From assembly GCF_963921235.1 (NCBI RefSeq), contig NC_086119.1, positions 26,598,001 to 26,662,000 on the forward strand: a DNA stretch of 64,000 nt. Reading direction: 5' to 3'. A program made the position numbers and the translations under genes. Shown in pieces: positions 1-12,919 of this stretch (positions are counted from its first letter, which is position 1; each line of letters begins with the position of its first letter). The notes beneath the pieces were generated by a model, which did no database searches, was not told the DNA's origin, and saw nothing but the letters and a program-made list of their open reading frames with translations. Source of the stretch: Mobula hypostoma. Its lineage: Eukaryota.

Positions 1-2799
1 TGCGTACTGAGACTAAGTCACTCGTGATTTTTAAACCTGTTACCCATATTTTAATTTCATAATTAAATAGAATTATACAATCAAAAATCTTGTAGCACAG
101 AATGGTTGATGTCCCATGCCTCCTCTGCCGTTTGAATGAGCTGACCATTTGAATGTTTGTAACCCTGCAAATTTGCCAGTTGTGCAGAAGAAATTCCTGT
201 TGTATCGTGCACAGACGAGCGGCTGCTGGCTGCGTGTCGGCGGGTTCTGATCTCACATACTCTGCACACCATGTCCAGACCGCAATGAGGTGAGGTGCTG
301 GGTAAAGTTTACATCTAGCCCCTCTGTTTTCCCTTAGCATCAGCTGTTGAATTTAGTATAACCACATTCATTTCATAGGGTCACTAAGGGCAGTGCTTTT
401 GAATTGATGTTTTAAATGTACAAATTCAATATGGTTTCAGATTATTAATATTTTATGTAAATATGTTTAACTATTTCTTAATGTCAGTGATCATTGGAGA
501 CATTCGGGGACAGAGGAAAAGTCCTTTTATAGTATGAACTTTTCTAAGCCATCAGGATAGTTGGTGGATAGAGCCAAAGTTATTTTGCTGCCAGTAGCCT
601 AATCACTACTCATAAACTGTTCTGCTTTATGAGTAGACCATGCCAGCAAGGCTGTCAGGACATTGGAAGTCCTACAGACACTGTAGGAAAGTACAACCGT
701 GAACATCTCTGAAGAGAGAAAAACAAAAGAAAACTAGGCTCATTAGACTTGGGCTCTTATCAGATTCTCATATAAATTATTTCAAATCTATTATTCCTAG
801 TTGATAACCCGCTTGACAAAGGAAGCATTTCTACCTACTACCTTTTCCTATCAAAATCTTTCATTCCTGTGAGTATTGTTCTGTTCTATTTTGATTTTCT
901 TTACAAAAGCAGAACCATCCCAGTTTCACCATCACGCCAGAGAACTGGAGTCCCTCAGTTCTAGTTTTCTGTAAGAAGCCTCTTCTGTTAATGCTCCAAG
1001 GTCTTGACCTATATTCCTATGTGAAGTGCTTAAAATTGTACATGGTCCTCTAGCTAAGAACTAAATTTGGTATTTGTAAAAGGTTTTCTGATCAATGGCC
1101 CTCATTCATCACAATGCTACACTTTTACAATCAAAGCCCATCTGTTAAAACATTGCGTTGAAAGCAAAAACATTATATCCATAAAGTGCATCCTGATTCT
1201 CTAATTAGAACCCTTTATTAGAGTGTATAGGTCCAGCAATCCTATTTATATTTTAAAAGATAATTGTTCCAGGGCTCAGGCTATATTTTTCTATGTTCAT
1301 TGGCAGCCTAATACTCAAAATTTATGTATTTGAAAAGTTGGCATGCTCTTTTCATTGATCCAACAAAATCAACCCATTTCACTTGACTGCAATTAATTGT
1401 AAACTGCTGGAAATATGGAGGAGATTAAAGGTGGTGAACACAGTTTCTTGCTTCTGGGTTTTCAATGGCAGAATGCCAGTGGAGAAACTCAGTGGTGAAA
1501 CATCATCCATGAGATTTACAAATGAAGTCTGGTCAATTCTGCCGGAGTAGCAGAGGTCCAGTTGTGCCTGCAGGTGTGTCCAGCATAGCTCACTCTTATT
1601 TCTTTTGCAAAGCAGGAAAATGGTGGATGGAGCGAGAAATTTCCTTCATGGTTTTTTAAATCAATTTTTTCTCTCACTGTGGTAAACTCAAACTCAGATT
1701 TACTAGAACAAAATAAATGTGACTTAACTTGTAATAGTGTTTTTTTTCTAATTAAAAATGTATGAACAAGTATTTGGAATACATAAACCATATGTTATGA
1801 TCATATAAATTTATTCAACACGAATCTTGATGCAATTAAAATGCTGCACAAGAAGGGCAAGTTACAAACACCCTAATGTTGCAAATTCCAAATGAATGTT
1901 TACAGGATCAGTTATTTGCATTTAAACCTAAGCATCTTTGTGCTTAGGGAATCTAAACAACGGCTATCTGATGAAGAGGGAGAACCACATTCAGAACCCA
2001 TGAGCCACAGACCACTTAAAGATGAGAAAAAGAAAGGAAAATGCAGTGATGTGCTGGAAATTTGAAACAAAATAGCATGAAAAATGCTGCAGCATTCCAG
2101 GCAGCATCTGTGAAATGACAAACAAGAGCTAATGTTTCTGTTCAATTGATTGATTAATAGCAGAGGTTCTTAAAACTGTTCAATATTTATTAGTCTGATG
2201 ACCTGAAATGTTAATGCTTCACTCTCTGGAGACATGTACTGAGAATTTCCTGCATTTCGTGTTTTTAGCTTGGCAAAGAGAGTACTATTATGATTAAGCA
2301 TGGTATTCCATTGATCAATGGCATAGGGAAATTCTAGCACTTTGTGCTTTATATCAAAATTGATCTTTTAAAGAGATTGTTCATACAAATAGTGAAATTG
2401 AAGCACATCTAGGAACCGTTTGCCTTGACCTGTTGCATTATGAACCCAGCTTAGAATTCACAGGAGGGGGAGCTTCTCTCTGCCCCGGGCTTCAGCATCG
2501 AATTTACAGCTCAGTTGCAAAATGATTTTGTTTTGCATCAACACTGAACTCACTGCCTCTACCCACTGGAAGCAAGATAGCAGTGAGTTGTAAACACAAT
2601 TGCTTCATGTACCAATTAGACCCATTCCGTCCTGGGCTGGCCATCACCAATTTGGTCAGATACAATCAATGTTGAAATCGATTAAGAATTGCTATCTTCA
2701 TTTTTTAGTGTTTATGTGAATATATCCAGCAGTAATACAACATGCTTGCATTACTTTTGCAATGATCATATTAGGGGTTTAAAATAATATGATACTGTA

Positions 2800-4140
2800 T
2801 TAGAGACATACAATACAGATATGGGACCTTTGGCCCACAGTGTCCATGGAAACATCAAATAGGAGCTGGAGTTGGCCATCTGGCCCATCAAGCCTGCTCT
2901 GCCGTTCAGCGAGATCATACCTGATCTGGCCACGGACTCGGTTCCACCTACCTGACTTTTCCCCAGAACTCGTAATTCCTCTACTATACAAAAGTTGATT
3001 TCACTATGTCTTAACTATATTCAGTGAGGTAGCCTCTAATGCTTCCTTGGGCAGAGGATTCCACTGGTTCACTACTCTCTGGGAAAAGCATTTTAAAGTC
3101 ATGAATCACCACAGAACAAAAAAAAAAAGACCCTTTGGCCCATCTAGCCAGTGCCAAACTGTTATTCAGCCTAATCCAATCAATCCGCACCTGGAATAAG
3201 CCTCCTGTCTATGTTCTTATTCAAGCTTCTCTTTAATGTTGCATCCTCCACTTCTACTGGCAGCTTGTTTACACTCACACCACTCTCTGAGTGAAGAAGT
3301 TCCCCTGAAATACTTCACCTTTCACCTTGAACTATGACCTCTTAATTATAGCCTCACCCAACCTCAATGGAGAAAGTCTGCTTGTATTTATCCTATCAGT
3401 GCGTCTCATAGTTTTGGATACTTTTTTTCAAATCTCCCTTCATTCTCCTCGCTCCAGGGAATAAAGTTGTAACCTATTCAACTTTTCTGTATAGCTCTGG
3501 TTCTCAAGTCCTAGCAACATCCTTGTACAAATTTTCTCTGTACTCTTTCCATCTTATTAATATCTTTCCTGTAGTTAGGTGACCAGAACTGTATACAATT
3601 CTCCAAATTTGGCCTCACTAATGTGTTATGCACTTTGAAATAGCATCCCAACTCCTGTGCTCAGTACTTTGATTTATGAAGTCCATTGTGCCAAAAGCTC
3701 TCTTAACCACCCTACCTACCTGTGACACCACTTCCAAGGAATTATGTATTTGTAATCCCAAGGCCCTTTTGTTGTTCTACACTCCTGTGCCCTTCTGTTC
3801 ACTGTGTATAACCTACCTGGTCTGTCCTCCCAAAGTGTAACACCTCACACTTGACTGAATTAGCTTTGTGGCCTTACTCACTGTCCACTATGACCCAATC
3901 TAGGCATAATCTTCAAATTTGCTCTTCCAGTTTACCTCATTGTCGTTCAAATAATAAAAACAGCAAACAACAACAGTACTGAATCCTGAGGCACATCACT
4001 AGTCACAGGCCTCCATCAGAGAGACAGATATCTACAACCACTCTCTAGTTTCTCTCGCTAAGCTAATGTTGAATCCAATTTCTTACTTCATCCTGAATGT
4101 CAAGCAATTGAACCTTCTAGACCATCCTCCCATGCGGGAT
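2800..4140 (-). mobile_element. CR1 LINE 3' fragments (two adjacent, degenerate)
   Basis: Reverse complement of CR1 RT C-terminal/3'UTR sequence (ggtgaccagaactgtatacaattctccaaatttggcctcac = antisense of the RPxLEYCxQFW region; gaatcctgaggcacatcactagtcac = antisense of VTSxVPQGS). Many stops. Confidence 0.8.
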
Positions 4141-4869
4141 TCCTGGCTCCTGCAAGTGAAACTCTCAAAACAGTAAGAAGGAGAAACCTACTAGAAATTC
4201 ATCTTAGCTTCTGCTTCTTCATGTCCTTAAGTTCACCACGCTAACCCTGTAACAATGGCTACTTCCACGATGTGCACTCTGTTTAAACCTTAAACTCTTC
4301 TTTTATTAAAACTCACAAACAACGAGACTTGTTCTTTTCAATACTTCCCACTTCCATTCATGATCCTCCAAAGTATCTATTTATACCATTCAAATTTACT
4401 ATCACTTCTTCCCTAGCCATCTATACCTTGGCAATTCAAGTGCTCTTCCAGATACTTTTAAATGCAAGTAAGATAGAAAAGGTGAAGATCAAGACCGAGC
4501 CATTGGGCTCCCCATAATGTCAGAAAATACACAGCCTCTGTTCACTTAGATAACTTTAAATTTAATTTTAAATTTCATAGCATTACACTTTAATCTAATC
4601 ATATGGGATTCTTCTGCCTTACTACAAATGATTGAAGTCTGCATATGATCATAAGAGTGTGATCAAAGTTTCCACAATCACTATCAATCCATCTCTGTTA
4701 GTAATAGAAGAATGTAGAGAAAGTTATATGATCTCTATCATACTAGGTTGTTAAATTGCCTTGATCTGTCACTAAAAACAATAATTGGGACAAGGGTGAA
4801 AGACAAAACATATGAGAAACTTGCACAGGCCTATTGCTGCAAGTACAGTAGGACTGAATCAAACTTGTC

Positions 4870-5160
4870 ATAGCCTCGGTGAGTTCTGACCTTTGATGCT
4901 GTCTGTGTGCAGTTTGCACGTTCTTCCAATGATTGTATGGGTTTAGAACATTTAAAAGATGTGCTGGTTGTTAGATGAATTGGCTGCTGCAAATTGCCAA
5001 TGGCATAGATGGTTGTTTAGGAATCAGGGAAGTGAAGGACAGCAATGGGGGTGTGTGAGAGAATAGATTACAGGAAGATGAGTGGGTGAATGGATCTAAT
5101 GGCTGTGAGAACCAGCATTGTCTCACTAGACTGGGTATCCTTCTGTATCACAGGTAAATA
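4870..5160 (+). mobile_element. Degenerate HE1/V-SINE-like fragment
   Basis: gctgtctgtgtgcagtttgcacgttcttccaatgattgtatgggttt resembles the V-SINE central domain seen in better copies in this window. Confidence 0.5.
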
Positions 5161-6489
5161 TAAGTGGCAACATTAAGCTTTTTCATTCACAATAAGTTAT
5201 GATTTGTTGATCAATTAGCACCTTTTGCTGATGTGTAATCTTTCAAGGATAAGCACTCATTTTTAGTGTATTACATTTTGCCATCCCAACTTAAAATAAA
5301 TAGATAAAATATGAAAAAGAATTAGAAGTATTTAAATTGATTTGGTGAAGAGGTTTCAAACATAAATATTAAATCTGTTTCTCCCTGTGCAGATGGAGTA
5401 TGATTTGCTGAGGTTCTGCAGCATATTCAGATTACCATACTATTTTGCCCTCATTTGTATGATCATAGATCATACAACCTCGCTTGTTCAGCATTTTCTG
5501 ATTTTCCTGTCAAGATGCAATATTTTTCCTTTGTTTTACAGAAATCCTATCAGTATTAATGCAGTATTAATAAGAAAAAAAAATCAGTCAAGCTAAAACT
5601 TGGCCTTCTGATGCTAAATCAGCAGCCTATATTATAGCTCTCCTAATGTTGTTAATGGAAATCCAAGTTTTACATAATTACACAGTCATGATCTATCCCA
5701 TAAATAAAACATTCTGATCTGGGTAAGTTTTTGATCTCATTCATGAGGGCAAGAGATGTTATAATTAATTTCAGTATATGTGAGAGTAGTCGAAGACCAT
5801 GCTTCTCGCATTTCTATTGGAGGAGCCATGGCATATATTGTACACATAAGGATTAAAAGCATTTAAATTGAAGCAAAATGCACTGTACCTGTTAAGCAGA
5901 ATTTATGAAGATTTCAATCATAAACTTAAAACATTAAATAAGTTGCTGTCTGTACAATTAGAGTCTGATTCAAATATTCTGCACCATTTTAAGTCAGTAT
6001 TTCAGATTACCACATTATTTTGCCCTTATTGTATTTGTATAAGATTAAAATTGATCTTGGTACAGATGCCCTACTTTAGTAGTTTCATATGTGGGTTGTG
6101 GAACTTCAGTGAGGTACTGAGGTGTACAGGGCCCAGAGACCTGGCATCACAAGAACACCACTATGAAGTGGGGAACAGAGTTATCATGATGGGTCACTAA
6201 TTTAATTTATGATATTAAATGTATAATTCAATATGAAAGAAAACATTGCATTGAGGTCTGTGCTTTCAAAGTGATTTAGGTAAATAGAAAATCAACTGTT
6301 TTGATCTGGTAAGTCAGAGATATTTTGGATTGTTACTGTATATTTTTGTGGAAAAAAATGGTTAGAAATAGCTCATTGATTATATGAAATAAAGATCTAT
6401 CTGAATATGTGAAATGGTTCTAACATTGGTATTTTAATAGTTTAAATGTGCTGAAGGTTACAGTTCCTGTAAGATGACGAACATTGCAT

Positions 6490-6600
6490 TTATCCTTTTG
6501 TATCAACAGAATTTATTTTTGTACAAAGCACTTTTGTATAGCAGCTTTGAATCATGTATGACCAATGTAGAAATAAACATTTTTCAAAAACCAGTATCTC
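6490..6600 (+). other. Candidate polyadenylation site
   Basis: AATAAA at 6572-6577, preceded by several TGTA motifs within ~80 bp, in non-repetitive AT-rich 3'UTR-like sequence. Confidence 0.3.
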
Positions 6601-7769
6601 TGACTTTATATAATCTTTTGCATTTGGATGATCCTTCTTCTATGAATTAATATGTAAATTGTGCCTCACGTTCTGTGTTGGTGCAAAGTTGTTTTGCGTA
6701 ATACTGGATACACTAATGCAAATTTATCCCAAAAGCTGACCTTGCAACTGTGGATTCGGAACAAAGTGGCTTCTTACCAACTCCAACATAATGACTATCA
6801 TCACACAAAGTGATAAATGTTCCAATAGATCTTTAATGACTCATAAAATTTTGATATTAACAGAGATCATTGATGGTTCCCTTCTCTTGGTTAGAAAGAA
6901 GAATATAATCATCAGCCTAGAAGTCTGACTTTATCCACTGAGAAATATTTGTAAAGCAACCTCTAATTTATTGTAAAAGAATCCCTCACTAAAGTAAAAC
7001 TTGGAATTACAGAAAATCATAAACATCCCTATTCATATAGAACAGATGAGTTAGTAATAATACCAGATCCAGCCACAGTGGAGATGATTGGATGACTCCC
7101 CTTTTGATCAAACCCTGTGGCTGTATTGCTGTACTTGATTGTGATTGAATTTTAGGGACATAATTTAGCAATACCTTACACTTGCTGCCTTATCTCTGGA
7201 GAAATAACCCAGCTTTTATTATAGATGATGTAGTTTGTGTATTCTGTTACCTTGCTAAATTTACATCATTTTACTATTTCATATCCTGTCCCACCTCCAT
7301 TTCAATGGTCAGTACAATGCACTTTGAAATCTTGGAATTAAAAATATATATTTCAATTTGAAAAAAATATTTTTGTAGAATAAGTACACAGATTTGCTTT
7401 GCTCTGTTTTCTGTTATATGGTGCATTTTTTCCAAACTATCAGTTTATCACCCAATCACTTTCAACTGAGTCAGATGATAGAGGGTCAAATCTCAATCTT
7501 CTGACCACAGCATTTAATCTTGTGTCCTGCCAGGACAGGAGGAGGGTTAAGCACCATTTATCCTTTAATAAACACCCAACAGCAAGTTTTATGTAACCTA
7601 TTGCTGTTTGTGGGAGATGGCTGGGCACAAAGTGGCTACTTAATTTTTTTAAAAACTGAATAAGATCAGGGTTGATCCGATCTAAGACTGAACTGCACTT
7701 TCCTGCTTGTTTCATATAATGCTCAATTTTTTTTTGCTTTGAATATATATACATAACTCTCCCACAATA

Positions 7770-8043
7770 GAAAATTCTGTTTATCTGATAAAGATGTTTA
7801 TCTTTAGAAGCTTTTTATATGACGCATGGCTCTGGGGTTGAACACCTAATGGTTTTTTTTCCCCTCACTTTTCTTTGCTTTAGTAGCATTTTTTTTCTGT
7901 CTTTATTTTGTCACCAAAATGTTTTCAATCTTTAAAACAATGTTTTTTTTTCTCTTGAGACATTGTAAGTGTTGCCTACTTCTATGTACTCTTGTTAATT
8001 TTGGATAATAACAATAAAAAGATTTGAAAAGAAAGAAAGAAAA
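7770..8043 (+). mobile_element. Probable L1 3'UTR fragment with (GAAA)n tail
   Basis: T-rich UTR ending aataaaaagatttgaaaagaaagaaagaaa, similar to the 3' end of the L1 at 53.8 kb. Confidence 0.45.
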
Positions 8044-8124
8044 TTCCAGAGCTTTAACACCATCTGGGCAAGTAAATTCTCATCATCTCAGTATTGTGAA
8101 TTATTCTGAAACAGATATCCCCAA

Positions 8125-8610
8125 TTCAAATGAAAGTTTATTGTCATCTGACTGTACAACGAAACAATGTTCCTCTGATCCAGGGTGGACCCACAAAACG
8201 TATAACATACACAGCACATAAACCAAAATAGTACCATAAATAAGTTATTAAAAATAATTCAAAATGTATGCAGCACAAGTGGAGTATACAGTAAACAGCA
8301 CACTGACCTAGTGATGAGACCTCAGTGGTGGCAGGGTGTCCATTCCTCTCACAGCTTGTGGGAGGAAGCTGGTGCACAGACCGTCCTCCTAGTCCTAGTC
8401 CTGATGTTTCTGTACCTTCTTCCTGATAGTACTGAGTCAAAAAGATTGTGGGATGGGTGGTGGGGTTCCTTAACAACGTTCTGGGCTCTTCGCCTGCAAT
8501 GCTGTCATTAAATCTGACAAATAGGCTTGAGGGAGATCCCAATGATCCTCAGGGTGGTTTTAACAATCTTCTGTAGGGTCTTGCGTTCTGATGCCTTGCA
8601 GCCTCCGTTC
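8125..8610 (-). mobile_element. Rex1/Babar-type LINE 3' fragment
   Basis: Antisense of ...DLQKIVKTTLRIIG..., ...RNPTTHP... and a gacaataaa + short-repeat tail (tttattgtca at ~8137). Confidence 0.7.
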
Positions 8611-9149
8611 TTCATTCCACTATTAGGAAGACATTCCCACTCAGCATTTATTTTACCAGATTACCTTATAATTATAGACATGAGGTCTTACTCCTTGGTA
8701 AAAGGACCTTTAGCCCATTTCGTCTGTAACAACCATCAAACATTTACGTTAAACTTTAAATAATCCTATTTTATTCTCCCTTCTTTCCTATCAATTCTCA
8801 CTCAGATTCTACCCTACATACTAAGAGTATTTAAAAACCTACTATCCCCATACTCTAACAGACAACATCTGAGATTCCTTCAAGCAGTTGTACATAGAAA
8901 TTGATCATTTAAATGAGGCGTCAGAGCACAAACAATCCGCCATCAAAAAGGTAAGGGAAAATAAATATAAGGTTCACAAGAAAAGAAAATGGTGGCTCCA
9001 AAGCAAATTATTAATGTTGCCTTTTTTAAAATGGATTTTTCATAGTTGCGAAGAACTTTGTCCTAAAAAGATCGTTCAGCTATGGACTTCATTGCCAAGA
9101 GCATTAGAAATGTTCATTTTGAACAGCACCACTATTACTTTCAGTTTTT

Positions 9150-10110
9150 CAGAGCAACACACTCAAAATGTTGGAGGAACACCACAGGTCAGGCAGCATC
9201 TATGGAGGGGAATGTACAGTATACATTTCAGGCTGACACCCTTCATCGGGACTGGAAAGGAGGGAGGAGGGAAGAAGAGCGAATTAGAAGATGGTGCAAG
9301 GAGAAGGACCACAAGCTGGCAAATGATAAATGATAAGTGAGACCAGGTGAGGAGGAGGGAAAGAAGTGAGAATCTGGGAGGTGATGGGGGGACAGGTAAA
9401 GGGCTGAAGAAACAATCTGATATAAGAGGAGAGTGGACCATATGAGAAATGGAGGAGGAGGAAAAGCACCAGAGGGAGGTGATAGGCAGGTGGAGAAGGA
9501 GTAAGGGAGGAGCCAGAAAGGGGAATGAAGAAGAGAGAAGCAGGAGGGGAGGAAGAAATTACTGGAAGTTAGAGAAATTGATGTCCTTGCCATTGTGTTG
9601 GAGGCTACGTAGACAGAATAGAAGGTGCTGCTCCTCCAAACTGAGACTGGCTTCATTGTGGCAGCAGAGAAGGCCATGGACCAACATGTGAGAATGGGAA
9701 TGGGAAGTAGAATTAACATGGGCAGCCGCCCATAAATCCTGCCTGTGGTGGCAGAGGAAGCGAAAGCAGTCCCCTAATCTATGTCGGGTCTCACCGATGT
9801 AGAGGAGTCTGCACCGGGAGTGCTGGATGCAGTGGGTAACCCCCACAGTCTTGTGGGAGAAGTGTTGCCTCACCTTGAAGGACTACTTGGGGCCCTGAAT
9901 GGTGATGAAGGAGAAGGTGTAGGTGCAGGTGTAGCATTTGTCCCACTTGCAGGGACAGAAACCAGGAAGCAGATCAGTAGAGAGGGTTGAGTGGACAAGA
10001 GAGTCACATAGAGAGAGATCCCTGTAGAAAGTGGAGAGTTCGGGTGGGGGGGGGTGGGGGACGGAAAGATATGTTTGGTAGTAGGAGCCCTTTGAAGATG
10101 GCAGCAGTTT
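9150..10110 (-). mobile_element. Penelope-like element 3' part: GIY-YIG endonuclease remnant and pseudo-LTR
   Basis: ORF 9559-9873 (CIQHSRCRLLYIGETRHRLGD...LEEQHLLF...INFSNF) is a Penelope GIY-YIG C-terminus, followed by a pyrimidine-rich UTR and a decayed hammerhead motif at ~9215-9255. Confidence 0.9.
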
Positions 10111-10299
10111 AGTATGAATAATAGAAACAAAATTATGCTGAGTTGAATTTCTTGGGAGCTTAAATTGGGCTTAAGATCAGCTCCATTAATAATTTTTATC
10201 CACAGTAAGTCAAATGAAAATTACTTTTTATAGTTTTGTATATTCTCATAGATTATTATAATAACTTAACTAAATGCTCCATAATACTTTCAAAGCTTA

Positions 10300-12055
10300 C
10301 AGACTTACAGAAGTTATTGGAAGGTATTCTAAGGGACCAGATATTTGAGTATTTAGATAGATATTGACTGATTAGAGATATTCGGCATGGCTTTGTGCGT
10401 GGTAAGCCGTGTCCAACCAAATTTATAAAGATTTTCGAGGAAGTTAGCAGGGAAGTTGATGGAGGCAAGGCACGGAATGTTGGTTACATGGACTTTAGCA
10501 AGGCATTTAACAAGGTCGTGAATGGGAGGTTAGTCAAGAAGGTTCAGTCACTTGGCATTCAAGATGAGGTGGTAAACTGGATTGGACATTGGCTTTGTGG
10601 TAGCCGATGGTTGCTTCTCTGACTGGAAGACAATAGACAACAGGTGCAGAAGTAGACCATTCGGCCCTTCGAGCCTGCACCGCCATTCTGAGATCATGGC
10701 TGATCATCTACTATCAGTACCCGGTTCCTGCCTTGTCCCCATAACCCTTGATTCCCCTATCCATAAGATACCTATCTAGCTCCTTCTTGAAAGCATCCCA
10801 GAGAATTGGCCTCCACTGCCTTCTGAGGCAGTGCGTTCCACACCTCCACAACTCTCTGGGAGAAGAAGTTCCTCCTCAACTCTGTCCTAAATGACCGACC
10901 CCCTTATTCTTAAACCATGCCCTCTGGTACTGGACTCTCCCAGCATCTGGAACGTATTTCCTGCCTCTATCTTGTCCAATCCTTTAATAATCTTATATGT
11001 CTCAGTCAGATCCCCCCTCAATCTCCTTAATTCTAGCGTGTACAAGCCCAGTCTCTCTAACCTGTCTGCGTAAGACAGTCCGGACATCCCAGGAATTAAC
11101 CTAGTGAACCTAAGACTAGTGGAGTGCGGAAAGGATCTGCGCTGGGTCTATTGTTTATCAACTATACCAATGACCTGAGTGATAATGTGATAAACTGGAT
11201 CAGCAAAGTTGTGGATGACACCAAGATTGGGGGTGTAGTGGATGGCGAGGAAGACTTTCAGAGCTTGCAGTAGAATCTGGACCAGCTGGCAAAATAGACT
11301 GAAAAATGGCAGATGGAATTTAATGCAGACAAGTGTGGAGTGTTGCACTTTAGGAGGACCAACCAGAGTAGGTCTTATACAATGAATGGTAAGGCACTAA
11401 GGAGTGTGGTAGAACAAAATGATTTGTGGATATAGAAACATAATTCATTGAAAATGGTGGCACAGGTCATAAAGAAAAAATTTAGCTTATTTGCCCTTCA
11501 TTAATCAAAGTATTGAGCACAGGAGATGGATATTGTGTTGAAATTGTATTAGACTCAGCTGAGGCCTAATTTGGAGTATAGTATGCAGTTTTGTTCACCT
11601 ACCTACAGGAAAGATGCAGATAAATTGAAAGAGTTCAGAGAAAATTTACAAGAATGTTGCTGCGTCCGTAGGACCTGAGTTATAAGGTAAATTAAATAGG
11701 TTAGGACATTATTCTTTGAAAAATGCAAGCAGACTTTTTCCACTGAGGTTGGGTGGAACTTCAATTAGAGTTCATGGGTTAAGTGTGAAAGGTGAAAAGT
11801 TCAAGGGAAACATGAGGGGAAACTTCTTCACTCAGTGAGGCGTGTGAGTGTGGAACAAGCTGCTTGTGCAAGTAGTGCCTGAAAGTTTAATTTCAAAGTT
11901 TAAAAGAAGTTTGGGTAGGTACATGAATGATAGGGGTATGGAGGGCTATAGTCCCAGTGAAGAGTAATGGGAACGGGCCATTCAAGTGGTTCAGCATGGA
12001 CTAGATGGACTTAAGGGCCTGTTTCTGTACTGTATTTTTCTATGACTCTATGACT
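10300..12055 (+). mobile_element. Older CR1 LINE (RT to 3' end), interrupted at 10632-11111
   Basis: RGKPCPTKFIKIFEEV...YMDFSKAFNKV, DDTKIGG and RPNLEY motifs; (CTATGACT)n tail at ~12040. Confidence 0.9.
10632..11111 (-). mobile_element. Younger CR1 3' fragment nested antisense in CR1
   Basis: ORF 10887-11087 (GLSYADRLERLGLYTLELRRLRGDL); AAGAC at 10627-10631 and 11112-11116 as a candidate TSD. Confidence 0.9.
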
Positions 12056-12349
12056 TTAATTTGACAGTACTGTTTTCTCCTCATGTATTTGAAAAGCTGT
12101 TGACTAGGAGATATATTTAGCTAATGGTTAATAAGAAGCCAGCTGTTGCAGGTTTTTGACTTGTCCTTGCTGTAAACTACGCAGTAGGATTCCTACACAA
12201 AGTAATTCGAGGAAGTACTCACATGCCACCTTTGTCTTCCTAACTATAGGTATTGTGCAAAAGTTTAGAATGCTCCCTAGTGGTTCAATGAACAGCCTGG
12301 AAACTTTCTCAATCACATTTTTAGTCTATTTATGGTTGGTCAAAGGGTG

Positions 12350-12690
12350 ACAACATTGCTAATATTAAAGTCCAACTGATGTTCCAACATGGAGACCTCA
12401 TTTTTCCAACCACGTTCACTTCCATCCCTACTCTTGGAATATCGAGACTTGTACACCCTGATTTTAGTGTCCCATTGCTGCCTTCAGCTATCTAAAGTTT
12501 AAGATTTTGAATTTCATTCCCAAAACTCTTGCTCCTGTTACTTCTCTGTTTCACTGCTGCCTAAAACCTATATTCCTTTAACAAAGCCTTTAGTCACTAG
12601 ACTTGGTATCTTCATAAAATATTGTGTCAAATTGTATTCAATAATATCCTTGTAGTTCATTGAGGTTGTTTCCTAGTTAAATAAACACAG
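12350..12690 (+). mobile_element. Ancient L2-like 3' end
   Basis: Degenerate gccttcagcta...gaatttcattcccaaaactct...cctaaaacctatattcctttaacaaagcctt resembles an L2 C-terminus/3'UTR. Confidence 0.4.
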
Positions 12691-12919
12691 ATTGGTGTCA
12701 TGAAATTGTTATGGCATCATCAATCCCTAATGCATCACAGGATTTTAGTTGCACTAAAAGCAATAACTGAGAGAAAATGTTTGTGACCTTTTGGAATGTT
12801 TGACCTTTAAGAGAAATTAGAGTTAAAGAGTATCGTACAACAGAATGGAGGTGGTTAAAGATTTCATTAGCCATAATTTTATGAAATAGCAGAGCAAGTT
12901 TATAAAATATTACAATACT

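Noticed and set aside
81-272. 63-aa minus-strand ORF (MVCRVCEIR...LQDF) as a terminal coding exon
   Set aside because: No recognisable family, a weak acceptor, an in-frame stop shortly upstream and no supporting upstream coding exons.
5868-6200. 110-aa ORF, or TGA read-through (selenoprotein) frames around 6066-6190
   Set aside because: No recognisable domain, a non-ATG start in AT-rich sequence and no SECIS-like structure identified.
8888-9719. Long ORFs of 150-158 aa
   Set aside because: Read-through of the purine/pyrimidine-biased Penelope UTR; no coding signature.
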